IMG/VR virus record: IMGVR_UViG_3300037183_000141
Location: 1-64,000 of that record
Reading direction: 5' to 3' (one strand)
Origin: a virus
Taxonomy: Duplodnaviria; Caudoviricetes
Length of the DNA stretch: 64,000 bases
Positions 46,685 to 55,537 of the stretch are shown piece by piece (positions within the stretch are counted from its first letter, which is position 1; each line of letters starts with the position of its first letter). The notes under the pieces were generated by a model. That model saw only the letters and a program-made list of their open reading frames with translations, was not told the origin of the DNA and made no database searches. The translations under genes and the position numbers were made by a program.

Positions 46685-46861
46685 TCAGCGCTTGGCGGTC
46701 GCCATCTCGCTCAGTGTCCTCATGACGTCGACTGCGGCCTTGCCGGCGGTCGCGGGCCTCAGGCCGTTCCTGCGCTTCACCTCGCCGGAGACCATGTCCA
46801 GGAGATCGAGGAGCTCGCCGTCCTGGAGCGTCCCGAGGTCGGCGGCGGTTGGCATCTGCAT
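46685..46861 (-). CDS. Small hypothetical protein (58 aa, below the ORF-track cutoff)
   Basis: Manual translation MQMPTAADLGTLQDGELLDLLDMVSGEVKRRNG...AKR; GC3 bias; directly downstream of the hydrolase gene. Confidence 0.55.
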   Translation of the reverse strand: MQMPTAADLGTLQDGELLDLLDMVSGEVKRRNGLRPATAGKAAVDVMRTLSEMATAKR

Positions 46862-46870
46862 GTGGGTACT

Positions 46871-47587
46871 TTACGCCACAGCGTCGGCGTAGACCTGGTC
46901 GCGGTCCTGGCCCCAGTCGTATGCGTGGTTGAGCGAGTTGCCGATGATCGTGGCGCGGATGAGCTCCCAGTCGAGGTCGACCGTCTGTGCCGCGGGCCAT
47001 TCCTTGCCCTGGAGCTTAGCCTTGAACTCGGCCTGAAGGGACTTCACGCCCTTGCCGTAGACGGCCGGGTCGGCCGTGAAATAGCCCTTGTCGTGCAGCG
47101 CCTTCACATAGCCGTCCGAGTCGCCGACCAGGAGCTCCTCCCACGCGTCAACGTAGCGGCCCGACGCGACGAAGTCGACGTACTCGTAGGCGCCGTCATA
47201 TTGGTTCGCGTACGCCCTGAACCGGGTCTGGTAGTGGCCCGGCGGAACAGGGCTCGCCTCGGCGACAACAGCTCCGCCCTTCTTGTCGAGCCGGCCGCCC
47301 GGCGCGAACCAGACGACCTTCCCGCCGAGGACCTCGTTGCAGGCGAACGAGGTATACTGGCCGACGTACGCCGTCCCGGCCTTGACGTTTCCCCAGTTAT
47401 AGCAGTGTATGTACTTCCATCTTCCGGTCTCGAGCGCGGTCTTCGCCAGCGCGAGGGAGAGGGTGTCATCGGTCGGGTGTTGCCCCTTCAGAGCGTCCAT
47501 GAGCGCCGCGCGCATCGCCTCCGCGGCGACGTCGAAGGAGAAAGGGGTCAGCTGGTCGTCCGTGAACGTGGCCGTCATCTGGTCCAT
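46871..47587 (-). CDS. Glucosaminidase/FlgJ-like (GH73) peptidoglycan hydrolase, candidate endolysin
   Basis: AKTALETG (catalytic Glu), YNWGNVKA, FRAYA, LHDKGYFTADPAVY. Confidence 0.72.
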   Translation of the reverse strand: MDQMTATFTDDQLTPFSFDVAAEAMRAALMDALKGQHPTDDTLSLALAKTALETGRWKYIHCYNWGNVKAGTAYVGQYTSFACNEVLGGKVVWFAPGGRLDKKGGAVVAEASPVPPGHYQTRFRAYANQYDGAYEYVDFVASGRYVDAWEELLVGDSDGYVKALHDKGYFTADPAVYGKGVKSLQAEFKAKLQGKEWPAAQTVDLDWELIRATIIGNSLNHAYDWGQDRDQVYADAVA

Positions 47588-47634
47588 GACGGGGATCGGG
47601 CATGAAAGGCTCGGAGTGTAACTATCCGGGCCGG

Positions 47635-48096
47635 ATGACATCCTTCAACGCCTACTATAGCAACATAAGCGCGGTGAACTCGTTCGTCCGACAGCATCTC
47701 CCGTCCGTCGAATGGCTGGTGTCGACCCGGGACGAGGACCGTGGGACCGGGAGGACCACGGCGCTCGCCCTCGCTTTCCTTCGGAACTCCTTCTCCTCAG
47801 CGCACCCGACAAGGGCCTTCGACCACGCCGATGGAGGCGGGTTCGACTCAAAACAATGGATCAAGATGAAGCTCCAGGAGATGTCGCCCGGCCTCTTCAT
47901 CGGACAGGACGGGACCCTGGAGAGCCAGCCGGCGTACGCCGCCAGCCCGTCGAGCCCACAGTTCAACGACACCCTCTTGAAGGTCCGGCAAGACTTCATG
48001 AGCGTGGTCACTTCCGCCGTAAGACTCGGGGTCGACCCGACCTGGATGATGAAGCAGCTCCAGAACGCCCTGGCCGAGTCGGTGATGAACACATGA
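47635..48096 (+). CDS. Hypothetical protein ending ...AESVMNT
   Basis: ORF 47602..48096; start 47635 or 47602; ATGA-coupled to the next gene. Confidence 0.6.
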   Translation: MTSFNAYYSNISAVNSFVRQHLPSVEWLVSTRDEDRGTGRTTALALAFLRNSFSSAHPTRAFDHADGGGFDSKQWIKMKLQEMSPGLFIGQDGTLESQPAYAASPSSPQFNDTLLKVRQDFMSVVTSAVRLGVDPTWMMKQLQNALAESVMNT

Positions 48097-48644
48097 AGGT
48101 CGTGCTCGACGTCGACGGACCGCTGACGGACTTCCACACCAAGGCGAGGCTGGTCATCAAGTCGGAGTTCGGCTACGATCTCCCCATCTCCGCGTACAAG
48201 GAATGGGACGTCACGAGCGTCCTCCCGACGCAGGCGGAGAAAGACCGGATGAACGAGCTGATCGCAAAGCCCGGCTGGGCCTCGTCCATGATCCCGGACC
48301 AGGAGGCCATGCGAGCGGTCCGCACGATGCGTAGTTACGGGGCCGACATCCTGTTCGCGACGGCCCCTCACCCGAAGAGCAAGACGTGGAAGGAAGAGCG
48401 GGAGGCTTGGCTAATCGAGCACTTCGGCGCGCACCACCTCGAGGTCGCCCACATTCATAGAAAGGACTTCCTCACCGGAGGCGTGTTCGTGGACGACAAG
48501 CCGTCGAACGTCCGCGGGTGGCAGAAGAGCAACCCGGACGGATACGGGTTTCTGTGGGCCAAGGACTACAACAGGACGGAGGTCGGCCTCATGTTCGCAG
48601 AGTCCTGGGATCCCGTTCTCTCAGAAGTCCGGGACTGGAGGTAG
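48093..48644 (+). CDS. HAD-family 5'(3')-deoxyribonucleotidase
   Basis: MKVVLDVDGPL (DxDG), ATAP, FVDDKPSN. Confidence 0.82.
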   Translation: MKVVLDVDGPLTDFHTKARLVIKSEFGYDLPISAYKEWDVTSVLPTQAEKDRMNELIAKPGWASSMIPDQEAMRAVRTMRSYGADILFATAPHPKSKTWKEEREAWLIEHFGAHHLEVAHIHRKDFLTGGVFVDDKPSNVRGWQKSNPDGYGFLWAKDYNRTEVGLMFAESWDPVLSEVRDWR

Positions 48645-48645
48645 T

Positions 48646-49119
48646 ATGGCGAAGGAGATAGAGCGGCGTTTTCTGGTGTCGGACTCGGTCAGGGAGCAGG
48701 CCCTCGGGAGGAAGACGGATATCGTCCAGGGGTATCTGTCGGCCGAGCCGGCGGTGCGCGTCCGACTGGTCGGCGGCTTCCTAGGGCAGAAGGGCTACCT
48801 GACGGTCAAAGGGCCCGGCTCCCTGAGCCGGCCGGAGTTCGAGTACGAGATCCCGGCCCTCGACGCGAAGGAGATGCTCGCCCTCTGCAGGTTCAGCCTC
48901 GAGAAGGAAAGGCGGCACGTCCTCGTGTCAGGACACATGTGGTCTGTCGACTTTTTCACCGAGGCGAGGATGAACGGTCTCATGTTGGCCGAGATCGAGC
49001 TCAAGAGCGAGGACGAAAAGTTCGTGATGCCGGACTGGGCTGGCGAGGAGGTTACCGAGAACCCATACTATTCGAACGTCTCGCTGGCGAAGATAGGGGC
49101 GCTGGTCAGGACTCCATGA
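48646..49119 (+). CDS. CYTH (triphosphate tunnel metalloenzyme) protein
   Basis: KEIERRFLV, QGYL, VRVR, LTVKG, EFEYEIP, LAEIEL, YSNVSLA; GGAGG SD. Confidence 0.9.
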   Translation: MAKEIERRFLVSDSVREQALGRKTDIVQGYLSAEPAVRVRLVGGFLGQKGYLTVKGPGSLSRPEFEYEIPALDAKEMLALCRFSLEKERRHVLVSGHMWSVDFFTEARMNGLMLAEIELKSEDEKFVMPDWAGEEVTENPYYSNVSLAKIGALVRTP

Positions 49120-49669
49120 CCTCAAGGAGGATGCGACGATCCCAGCACTCGCGGACCTTCTCCGTGCTGATGCGACGGGAGACGTGAGCGTTATACGCTA
49201 TCGACATGTTCGTGATGTGAATGGCGATGCAGCAGCCGAGGACGGAGTCGAGGATGCCCTTTGCGTCATCCGTGTATGCCTTCGTCAGTCTTTCGTCCCG
49301 TCCCCCGTCTCTCTTTTCGCAGTGAAGCCGGTCCACTCGCGAAAGCGGCATTAGGCCCTCGTGGTTGACGATAGCGGTCGTGATGATCCAGTTGGCGACC
49401 TGGATCGGGCTTGCCGCGGTCATGTTCCCCTCGTCCGTCCCAGTAATCTGGTTCTTCGAGCGGCTGTACCGGAAATGTTTAGTGAACGACGAGTTGTTGT
49501 GCGGGTGTCCATGCCGACGGAGTGGGCCCCTCGTCGACCTGAGCTCGATTTGGGACATTATCTGCCCGCCGCCAACGTTCTTGGCCTCGACGTCGACCAC
49601 AAGGTCTCCGAGCTCCTGCTGCATGAGGATGACCTGGTCTTTTTCGGGGTGGATCCAGCTCGTGTCCAT
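49106..49669 (-). CDS. Hypothetical protein ending ...LLEVMES
   Basis: 187-aa ORF converging on the CYTH gene. Confidence 0.6.
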   Translation of the reverse strand: MDTSWIHPEKDQVILMQQELGDLVVDVEAKNVGGGQIMSQIELRSTRGPLRRHGHPHNNSSFTKHFRYSRSKNQITGTDEGNMTAASPIQVANWIITTAIVNHEGLMPLSRVDRLHCEKRDGGRDERLTKAYTDDAKGILDSVLGCCIAIHITNMSIAYNAHVSRRISTEKVRECWDRRILLEVMES

Positions 49670-49723
49670 GGGGCCGTGTACTGAGGCTAGGCCTCGACTT
49701 GCGCCGAGGTGTATTCTCGGCAG

Positions 49724-50662
49724 ATGTCGTATTCTCTAAAGCAATTCATGGTGTGCATTTCCGGGTACTCCGGCTCCGGGAAGGACGAGTTCGCCCGGAT
49801 ATTCGCGGACGAGATGCAAGCGCCGAAGGTCGGCCTGGCGGACCCGGCGAAACGCCATATGGCGGACCTCTACGGGTTCACCGAAGACCAGCTCTTCGGC
49901 CCAAGCGCCTCCCGAAACGCCGGCGACCTCCGGTATCCGAAGCCGAGCTTCACGTCCTCCGGGCTGTGCATTTCCAGCGCGACCGCGGAGGAGCCCCCGG
50001 CGGAGCTCAGGGGAGAGCTGAAGCCGGGCGTCCCGTACTGGGAGATGAGCTCTAGGAAGGTGACGCCGGAGGCACACGAGGCCGTCCGAAAGCTTCCGTT
50101 CGTCCTCGGGCAGCTCGGGGACGCGACCGTCTACGTCCCGGAGGGGCACCCGTCGTTCTGGCTCTCCCCGAGGGAGAGCCTGCAGCTCTACTGCGAGCTC
50201 ATGAACACCCTGTACAGGGACACCTGGATCCGGAAGTCAGTGCACACGCACATGCGGCTCGGCGGGACCACCGAGATCGCCGGGCACCGCTTCATGTCGT
50301 TCACCTACGACAGGATGTTCGGCCTCATGGTCCCGAGCCCCGACAAGCTAATCCCGGCCCCGGAGGACGGCGGGACGTTCTTCTCGTGCTCGGCCGACTT
50401 CAGGCATAGGCACGAGTTCAACCTGGCCAGAAAGATGAGGACGGACGACTTCATCCCGGTCATGGTCCGCGTGAAGAGGCCGAGCGTGCCCGTGCCGCCC
50501 TTCGACCATCGGTCGGAGACGGAGCAGGCGACCATCCCGGACGGGTTCTTCGACTTCGTCGTGGACAACGACAAGACGGTGGAGGACCTGCACGATCAGG
50601 CGAGGGAGATCATCAAGACTGTCCAGATCCCGGGCTGGCGGCCGCTCCGGGGGTCGCTGTGA
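49724..50662 (+). CDS. Deoxynucleoside monophosphate kinase (phage type)
   Basis: ISGYSGSGKD P-loop, LADPAKR, SPRESLQ, DFRHRHE, HRSETE; TATTCT 6 nt before ATG 49724. Confidence 0.78.
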   Translation: MSYSLKQFMVCISGYSGSGKDEFARIFADEMQAPKVGLADPAKRHMADLYGFTEDQLFGPSASRNAGDLRYPKPSFTSSGLCISSATAEEPPAELRGELKPGVPYWEMSSRKVTPEAHEAVRKLPFVLGQLGDATVYVPEGHPSFWLSPRESLQLYCELMNTLYRDTWIRKSVHTHMRLGGTTEIAGHRFMSFTYDRMFGLMVPSPDKLIPAPEDGGTFFSCSADFRHRHEFNLARKMRTDDFIPVMVRVKRPSVPVPPFDHRSETEQATIPDGFFDFVVDNDKTVEDLHDQAREIIKTVQIPGWRPLRGSL

Positions 50663-51615
50663 AGCCCACGGTCGATCAGCTGATGGAGGTCGACACCATC
50701 CTCAGCCACAGCTTCTGCCCGGACGGAACGGCGTCCGCGATGATCTGCCTCGCCGCCTACGGCGCTGTGGGGAGGACGCCGGAGGTCAAGATGGTGATGT
50801 ACGACACCGTCGACCATAGCGCCGCGCCGGCGGCCCCGAAACAGCTGTGGGCGGACATCACCCCGCCGATAGCCAGATGGCAGGACTGGGCTGGGATGAG
50901 CCCGATCGTGCTCGACCATCACGAGACGGCGATGCCGGTGGTCGAGGGCCTCGGGGGCGTCTACGGAGGGCTCGACGACAGCGGGGCCAGCCTGGCGTTC
51001 AAGAACGTCATGCGAGTCCTCTCTCGCGACCGGGACGACATCGAAGAATGGGCGAAGTTCGCCCATCTCGCCATGATCCGGGACACGTGGAAGGACGCCC
51101 ACGAGGACTGGGAGGAGGGGCTCGCGGTCGGCGAGGCGCTCAACTTCTACACGCAGAAGGCGCTCTTCATCTCCTCCTCCGAGGGGAAGATGAACGTGAA
51201 CGAGATGATCCGGTTCGGCAAGGTCCTCGTCCAGAAGACCGCGAACAAGGCGTTCAAGCTCGCCCAGGGCACGACGTTCGTGGAAGCCGGAGGCCTGAAG
51301 TACGGGTTCTTCAACTGCACGGAGAAGGCGGTGTCCGAGACCGGGCATGCCCTGCTCGAGAAGCACGGGTGCAACGTCGCGGCCGGCTTCTTCTTCACCC
51401 AGGAGGGCGGGACGACCAACCTGTGCGTCTCCCTCCGGTCGAAGAAGGGCGAGGTCCCCGTCAACAAGATCGCCGAGAAGTTCGGCGGAGGAGGGCATCA
51501 GCCCGCGGCCGGCTTCCGGCTGAAGGACGCCGGGGAGATCAGCCTGAACGGGCTGATCAAGATCGTCCTCGGCGCCGCCGAGGTGGTCTTCGCGCAGGCG
51601 GTGATGGAGACGTAG
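50659..51615 (+). CDS. DHH/DHHA1 phosphoesterase ending ...AQAVMET
   Basis: HSFCPDG, VLDHH, VSLRS, GGGGHQPAAG. Confidence 0.85.
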   Translation: MKPTVDQLMEVDTILSHSFCPDGTASAMICLAAYGAVGRTPEVKMVMYDTVDHSAAPAAPKQLWADITPPIARWQDWAGMSPIVLDHHETAMPVVEGLGGVYGGLDDSGASLAFKNVMRVLSRDRDDIEEWAKFAHLAMIRDTWKDAHEDWEEGLAVGEALNFYTQKALFISSSEGKMNVNEMIRFGKVLVQKTANKAFKLAQGTTFVEAGGLKYGFFNCTEKAVSETGHALLEKHGCNVAAGFFFTQEGGTTNLCVSLRSKKGEVPVNKIAEKFGGGGHQPAAGFRLKDAGEISLNGLIKIVLGAAEVVFAQAVMET

Positions 51616-51638
51616 GCTCTTTGTCGGGCGTGAGTCCG

Positions 51639-52448
51639 ATGACCACGGGTGTAAGAGTATCCGCCATGACGCCCCTGTCCGACGTGAAGGCCTACTTCCG
51701 GGGCAAGGGCTTGGAGGGTCACTGGAGCGGGGACTCGTTCGAGGGCTCGGTCTCCGTCGTCGACGTCAAGATCAAGCCCTCGGGGAAGTCGTACTCGGTC
51801 AAGATCGAGTCCGTCGACGACCCCTCCGACTCCGACGAGGTGACGACCGGCGAGCCGCTCAAGGCCATCGCGGACTTCCTGGGACAGGACATCCCGGGCG
51901 GCGAGCACTTCGAGAAGATGTCTTCCTTCCCGTCGTTCTTCGCCCACTCTATCGCCATGGCGGCCGAGCTCGTGGGCGCCGGGATGGTCGGCAGGCGCGC
52001 TGCCGTCCGCATGCTGCGCCGCCTATCCTCGTTCCGTCCCGTCGCCGACTCGCAGCCTCAGCGCCCCGGGACCGACCTCTCGGAGCTCGAGAAGGATGCC
52101 CGGAGGAAGGGCTGGAAGGCGAAGCTGAACAAGGACGGGTACGGGGACGACGTCCTCGAGATCGACGTCTCCGGCATCTACAAGGCCGAGGTCACGCTCG
52201 ACGCCATCATGTACGACTACAAGTTCGAGCTCCGCGGCGAGTCCAGCGTGGACGAGAAGGGGTCGACCGACGACCCGATCCGCGACTTCGAGAAGTGGGC
52301 GGCCAGGTCGGACGTCAAGGAGGCGCTCGAGAGGGCGCAGTCCGCGGGCCGCGACCAGCACACGGTCCAGGCTCCCGCCGAGCCGCCGAAGAAGAAGGCG
52401 CCCCAGGCGCCGACCCGCCGTGCCCCGGCAGAAGAGCCGCTCTCGTAG
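51639..52448 (+). CDS. Hypothetical protein with two related modules (…DDP-ending repeats)
   Basis: 3' part of ORF 50847..52448; start 51639 or 51666; GC3 bias. Confidence 0.6.
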   Translation: MTTGVRVSAMTPLSDVKAYFRGKGLEGHWSGDSFEGSVSVVDVKIKPSGKSYSVKIESVDDPSDSDEVTTGEPLKAIADFLGQDIPGGEHFEKMSSFPSFFAHSIAMAAELVGAGMVGRRAAVRMLRRLSSFRPVADSQPQRPGTDLSELEKDARRKGWKAKLNKDGYGDDVLEIDVSGIYKAEVTLDAIMYDYKFELRGESSVDEKGSTDDPIRDFEKWAARSDVKEALERAQSAGRDQHTVQAPAEPPKKKAPQAPTRRAPAEEPLS

Positions 52449-52477
52449 GTCCCGACCGTCCGTCCGTAAGGGCGGAC

Positions 52478-52864
52478 ATGCCACAGTCTTCCATCACAGA
52501 GAGCGGGTTCGCGGAGGTCCAGGTGTCCCCGACGGAGGCCCAGCTCCTCCTGGGCATGATGAAGGCCCGCATCCGGCGCCTCTCTCACCTGGACTCCGCC
52601 GGGCCCGACGTGTTCGCCGAGGTGTCCCGGCTGGCCCGCATGTGCTTCGTCCTCTCCAGCGGGAAGCCGGGCGACTGGGTGACCATCCGGCGCATGTCGA
52701 AGGAGGACGTGGAGGCCGTCTACGTCCTGAACCTGGGTCAGGAGACCGAGAGGCTCCTCGCCGCCCTGAACAACGTTCGGCAGAGGGTGCGGCAGACTGG
52801 GCCGGTCGACCTGGACGTCTCCGACCAGGCCGCCAAGTCCGTGATCGAGGTGATGGAGACCTAG
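52478..52864 (+). CDS. Hypothetical protein ending ...VIEVMET
   Basis: ATG 52478 within ORF 52295..52864; GC3 bias. Confidence 0.62.
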   Translation: MPQSSITESGFAEVQVSPTEAQLLLGMMKARIRRLSHLDSAGPDVFAEVSRLARMCFVLSSGKPGDWVTIRRMSKEDVEAVYVLNLGQETERLLAALNNVRQRVRQTGPVDLDVSDQAAKSVIEVMET

Positions 52865-53784
52865 GGGAGAATGTGGACGTTCCAATGTTGCAGTATATAT
52901 TGGAACACCATGGCTAGTGTCGTGACGACGAAGATTGGGACGGTGACCTTTCGCGACAGCCCCTTTCCGGACTTGGACGCCTGAAGCTCGATGGCTTTCA
53001 CGGCGGTCTCCGTCGTTTTCTTGACATGGTTTTCGTAGGTTTTCAGACGCTCTTCGTGGACAATGTCGGCTCGGATGAGGCGGAGGATTTCGGTCGTCGC
53101 CTCCGAGCTCTGCTCTTCGAAGGCGTCGAATTTCTCGAAATGGCTTTGCATATCCTCCTTCGTTGCGTACTTCCGGATCTCCTGTTGCGTCGCGAGCGAA
53201 GCGTTTTTCGCGGCGATGGCGTCGGCCGAGGCGGCGAGGGCCGCCTGCTCGGCCTTCTCGAGGCTTTTCTGAACGGCCCACATATCCCGGTCGACGCGAG
53301 CGATCTGGTCTCCGACCCACTTCTCGAGGTCGCCTATACGTCCTTCAAGGTCGGCCTGACTGTTCGCCATATCGACCTGCATCGACATGAACGAAAACTC
53401 CGGCCCCGACTGCGGTGTGTCCTGAATGTGGTCCGCGTAGGCCCAGCGCCGTGAGTCCGAAGTCCGGACCTTGAACACGTACCACCAGGCCACCTTGCCC
53501 TCGACGGTCTTCGTCGGAAATATATGGCGCCGCGTTTTCTCCGGGTCTTCCTCGGTCAAATCCTCCCGGATTTGGTCATGGAAGCGCTCCGGCGACACGT
53601 CGAAGACGGACATCGACGCAAGCTGCTCCTCGGTGCAGCCCATTATCTTGAGCGCAAACTCGTTAACCCACTCTATGGAGCCGGAGGAAGTATCGACCTC
53701 GAAGACACCACGTTCCTTCATATCCTTTCCGAGCTTTCGGCCCTCAAGTACCCCCGGATCATGGTTCTGCTTCTGTTTCAGCAT
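52861..53784 (-). CDS. PAS-domain, coiled-coil and C-terminal transmembrane protein
   Basis: GVFEVD...IEWVNEFALKIMGCTEEQL...SVFDV.P (PAS); long heptad region; VTVPIFVVTTLAMVFQYIL. Confidence 0.65.
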   Translation of the reverse strand: MLKQKQNHDPGVLEGRKLGKDMKERGVFEVDTSSGSIEWVNEFALKIMGCTEEQLASMSVFDVSPERFHDQIREDLTEEDPEKTRRHIFPTKTVEGKVAWWYVFKVRTSDSRRWAYADHIQDTPQSGPEFSFMSMQVDMANSQADLEGRIGDLEKWVGDQIARVDRDMWAVQKSLEKAEQAALAASADAIAAKNASLATQQEIRKYATKEDMQSHFEKFDAFEEQSSEATTEILRLIRADIVHEERLKTYENHVKKTTETAVKAIELQASKSGKGLSRKVTVPIFVVTTLAMVFQYILQHWNVHILP

Positions 53785-53847
53785 GGCTTCAGATGACGGA
53801 TGAATAAAAGACCGACGTCAGAAAGAACATATTGGTAAGGTCTTCGA

Positions 53848-54219
53848 ATGCCGCCCTCGAACGCTCTATCCCTTCATTGTTCAAAATGTAAGATATCCGA
53901 AACCTGCCCGAGAAGGGGATCGAGTCCCCTCCAAAAGGGTGGTCGGTCCCTCCCACTATTATGTCGTATTGTCGGAGGATACGCAACGAGGCCCATCGAC
54001 CTAGAACGACTGTCGGACGATGGGAAGGCCCGGGCGGCCAAGGACGGACCGTGCATGAGCATCGTCGAGGTCCCGACCGTCGAGCCGTCAGGCCATGTCC
54101 ACTTCGAGATGGTAAAAGTCTTCCACCATGCCATCGTCCACCCCCGGTCGACGACGACGCTCCAGGCGGACGCCATGCTGACGCGCTCTCACAGGCAGGA
54201 ACGCCCGACCCGGAGCTAG
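53848..54219 (+). CDS. Cys-containing hypothetical protein
   Basis: CSKC...C...C; TAAGGT 6 nt before ATG. Confidence 0.6.
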   Translation: MPPSNALSLHCSKCKISETCPRRGSSPLQKGGRSLPLLCRIVGGYATRPIDLERLSDDGKARAAKDGPCMSIVEVPTVEPSGHVHFEMVKVFHHAIVHPRSTTTLQADAMLTRSHRQERPTRS

Positions 54220-54569
54220 GAAGTCAGGACATGGTGGGCCAGAACGAACTCCCTGGCCCCCTCGATGACAGACTGAATCTCCGCCTCCCGCGACTTCCAG
54301 TCGAAATACCACTTACGGATTGACCCGTCCGTCATGATGAGGCACACGACGGAAGTGTTCATGTCCACGATTTTAGTCCGGAGAAGATAGCTTTTCCAAC
54401 CCTTCCGGAAGACAGCCCCGTGAATATAGAAGTGGCCGACCCTGGGGATGGTCCTCTCCCACTCGATCTTCGATCCGGGAGGTGCAGGCCTGGGAGTCAT
54501 ATCATCACTACGGCAATGACCTGGTGACTTCCATCCTAGAAGTCCAGGATCCGATCCCTCGGTCCTCAA
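54216..54569 (-). CDS. Hypothetical protein ending ...AHHVLTS
   Basis: ATGA-coupled to the upstream HAD gene. Confidence 0.55.
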   Translation of the reverse strand: MRTEGSDPGLLGWKSPGHCRSDDMTPRPAPPGSKIEWERTIPRVGHFYIHGAVFRKGWKSYLLRTKIVDMNTSVVCLIMTDGSIRKWYFDWKSREAEIQSVIEGAREFVLAHHVLTS

Positions 54570-55150
54570 CGCAGCTTGGCCCGGTCGAGCGCGCCCTTGA
54601 CCGTGGCCCAGACGCCGTCGTCGAAGGGGCGCATAACGCGGACCATCTGCGGGTGCTCGAATCCGCGGTTCGAGGGGCCGTCGAGCATGAGGACAACTCC
54701 GCGCGGACGATGCCTGAGCCAGGCCAGCGCGAACTTCGGATAGTCGTCGAACAGGACGCGCCCGTACACGAGGCCCTTGTCATGGCCTACGGTCACCGGG
54801 AGGTCCGGAACGTGCTCGGCGCACCACTCGACCTTCTCGGTCCAGGCGGAGTGAGTCTTCCTCGGCCCTTTCGTCAGGATGGAGGTCTCGAACCCGGACT
54901 CGACGATCATGTCGAGTACCTTGAAGCCGTCCTCTATCTTCCTAAGGTTCCTCCAGAACCCGGGCTGACTCTTCACCAGCCTCATGCGGGCCTCAGCCCA
55001 CGGCGGGACGCCACGGGAGTGAGCCTCATAAAGGGGCTCCCCGGGGGACATGAGTGGCTCCAGTCCCTCCCTCAGTCCTGCGTCATAGTCGGCGATCGTC
55101 CCGTCCATGTCGACAAGGGCGATCTCGGTGGCCTCCGGCGAGTTTCCCAT
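54566..55150 (-). CDS. Second HAD-family 5'(3')-deoxyribonucleotidase
   Basis: IALVDMDGTIAD, SILTK, VLFDDYP; TACAAT 6 nt before ATG 55150. Confidence 0.82.
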   Translation of the reverse strand: MGNSPEATEIALVDMDGTIADYDAGLREGLEPLMSPGEPLYEAHSRGVPPWAEARMRLVKSQPGFWRNLRKIEDGFKVLDMIVESGFETSILTKGPRKTHSAWTEKVEWCAEHVPDLPVTVGHDKGLVYGRVLFDDYPKFALAWLRHRPRGVVLMLDGPSNRGFEHPQMVRVMRPFDDGVWATVKGALDRAKLR

Positions 55151-55183
55151 CGCCGGATTGTACACCGTTCGGCGGACGGCCTA

Positions 55184-55435
55184 TCAGGCGCCGTGCTTGC
55201 TGACCTTGAGCAGGTTGTCGAGTTCCTTGTGGAAGGTCGACTCGTCTCCGGAGTCGAGTGCCCCCATGACCTTGTCGAGCGCGCCCTTGACCATGCTCTT
55301 TCCGGGACCGGACTGCGGGAGCGCCTGCTGCTCCTGCTGAGCCTGCTGCTCCTGCTGCCCTTGTTGCTGCTCCTGCGCGCGAATGAAGCGAGAAGCGACC
55401 CTCTTGGCCATGTCGTCGTGGGTGATGTTTGCCAT
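55184..55435 (-). CDS. Small Gln-rich hypothetical protein
   Basis: MANITHDDMAKRVASRFIRAQEQQQ...; AAGGA SD. Confidence 0.6.
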   Translation of the reverse strand: MANITHDDMAKRVASRFIRAQEQQQGQQEQQAQQEQQALPQSGPGKSMVKGALDKVMGALDSGDESTFHKELDNLLKVSKHGA

Positions 55436-55537
55436 GATAGTTTCCTTGGACCTCGTTCGTGCAGATCGGCGAAATGATCCGCGCCGCGGGTCTTACGGGA
55501 AATCAAAGGCCCATCGGGGAGGGCGTAAGCTCCGCCC

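Noticed and set aside
48070-48096. Shine-Dalgarno sequence as the sole cause of the VMxT C-terminal motif
   Set aside because: Fits only this gene and 56762; the other six lack a same-strand start at SD distance, and three of the eight use GTC for Val
50847-51638. 5' part of the 533-aa ORF 50847..52448
   Set aside because: Out-of-frame overlap with the DHH gene; only the part from about 51639 looks coding
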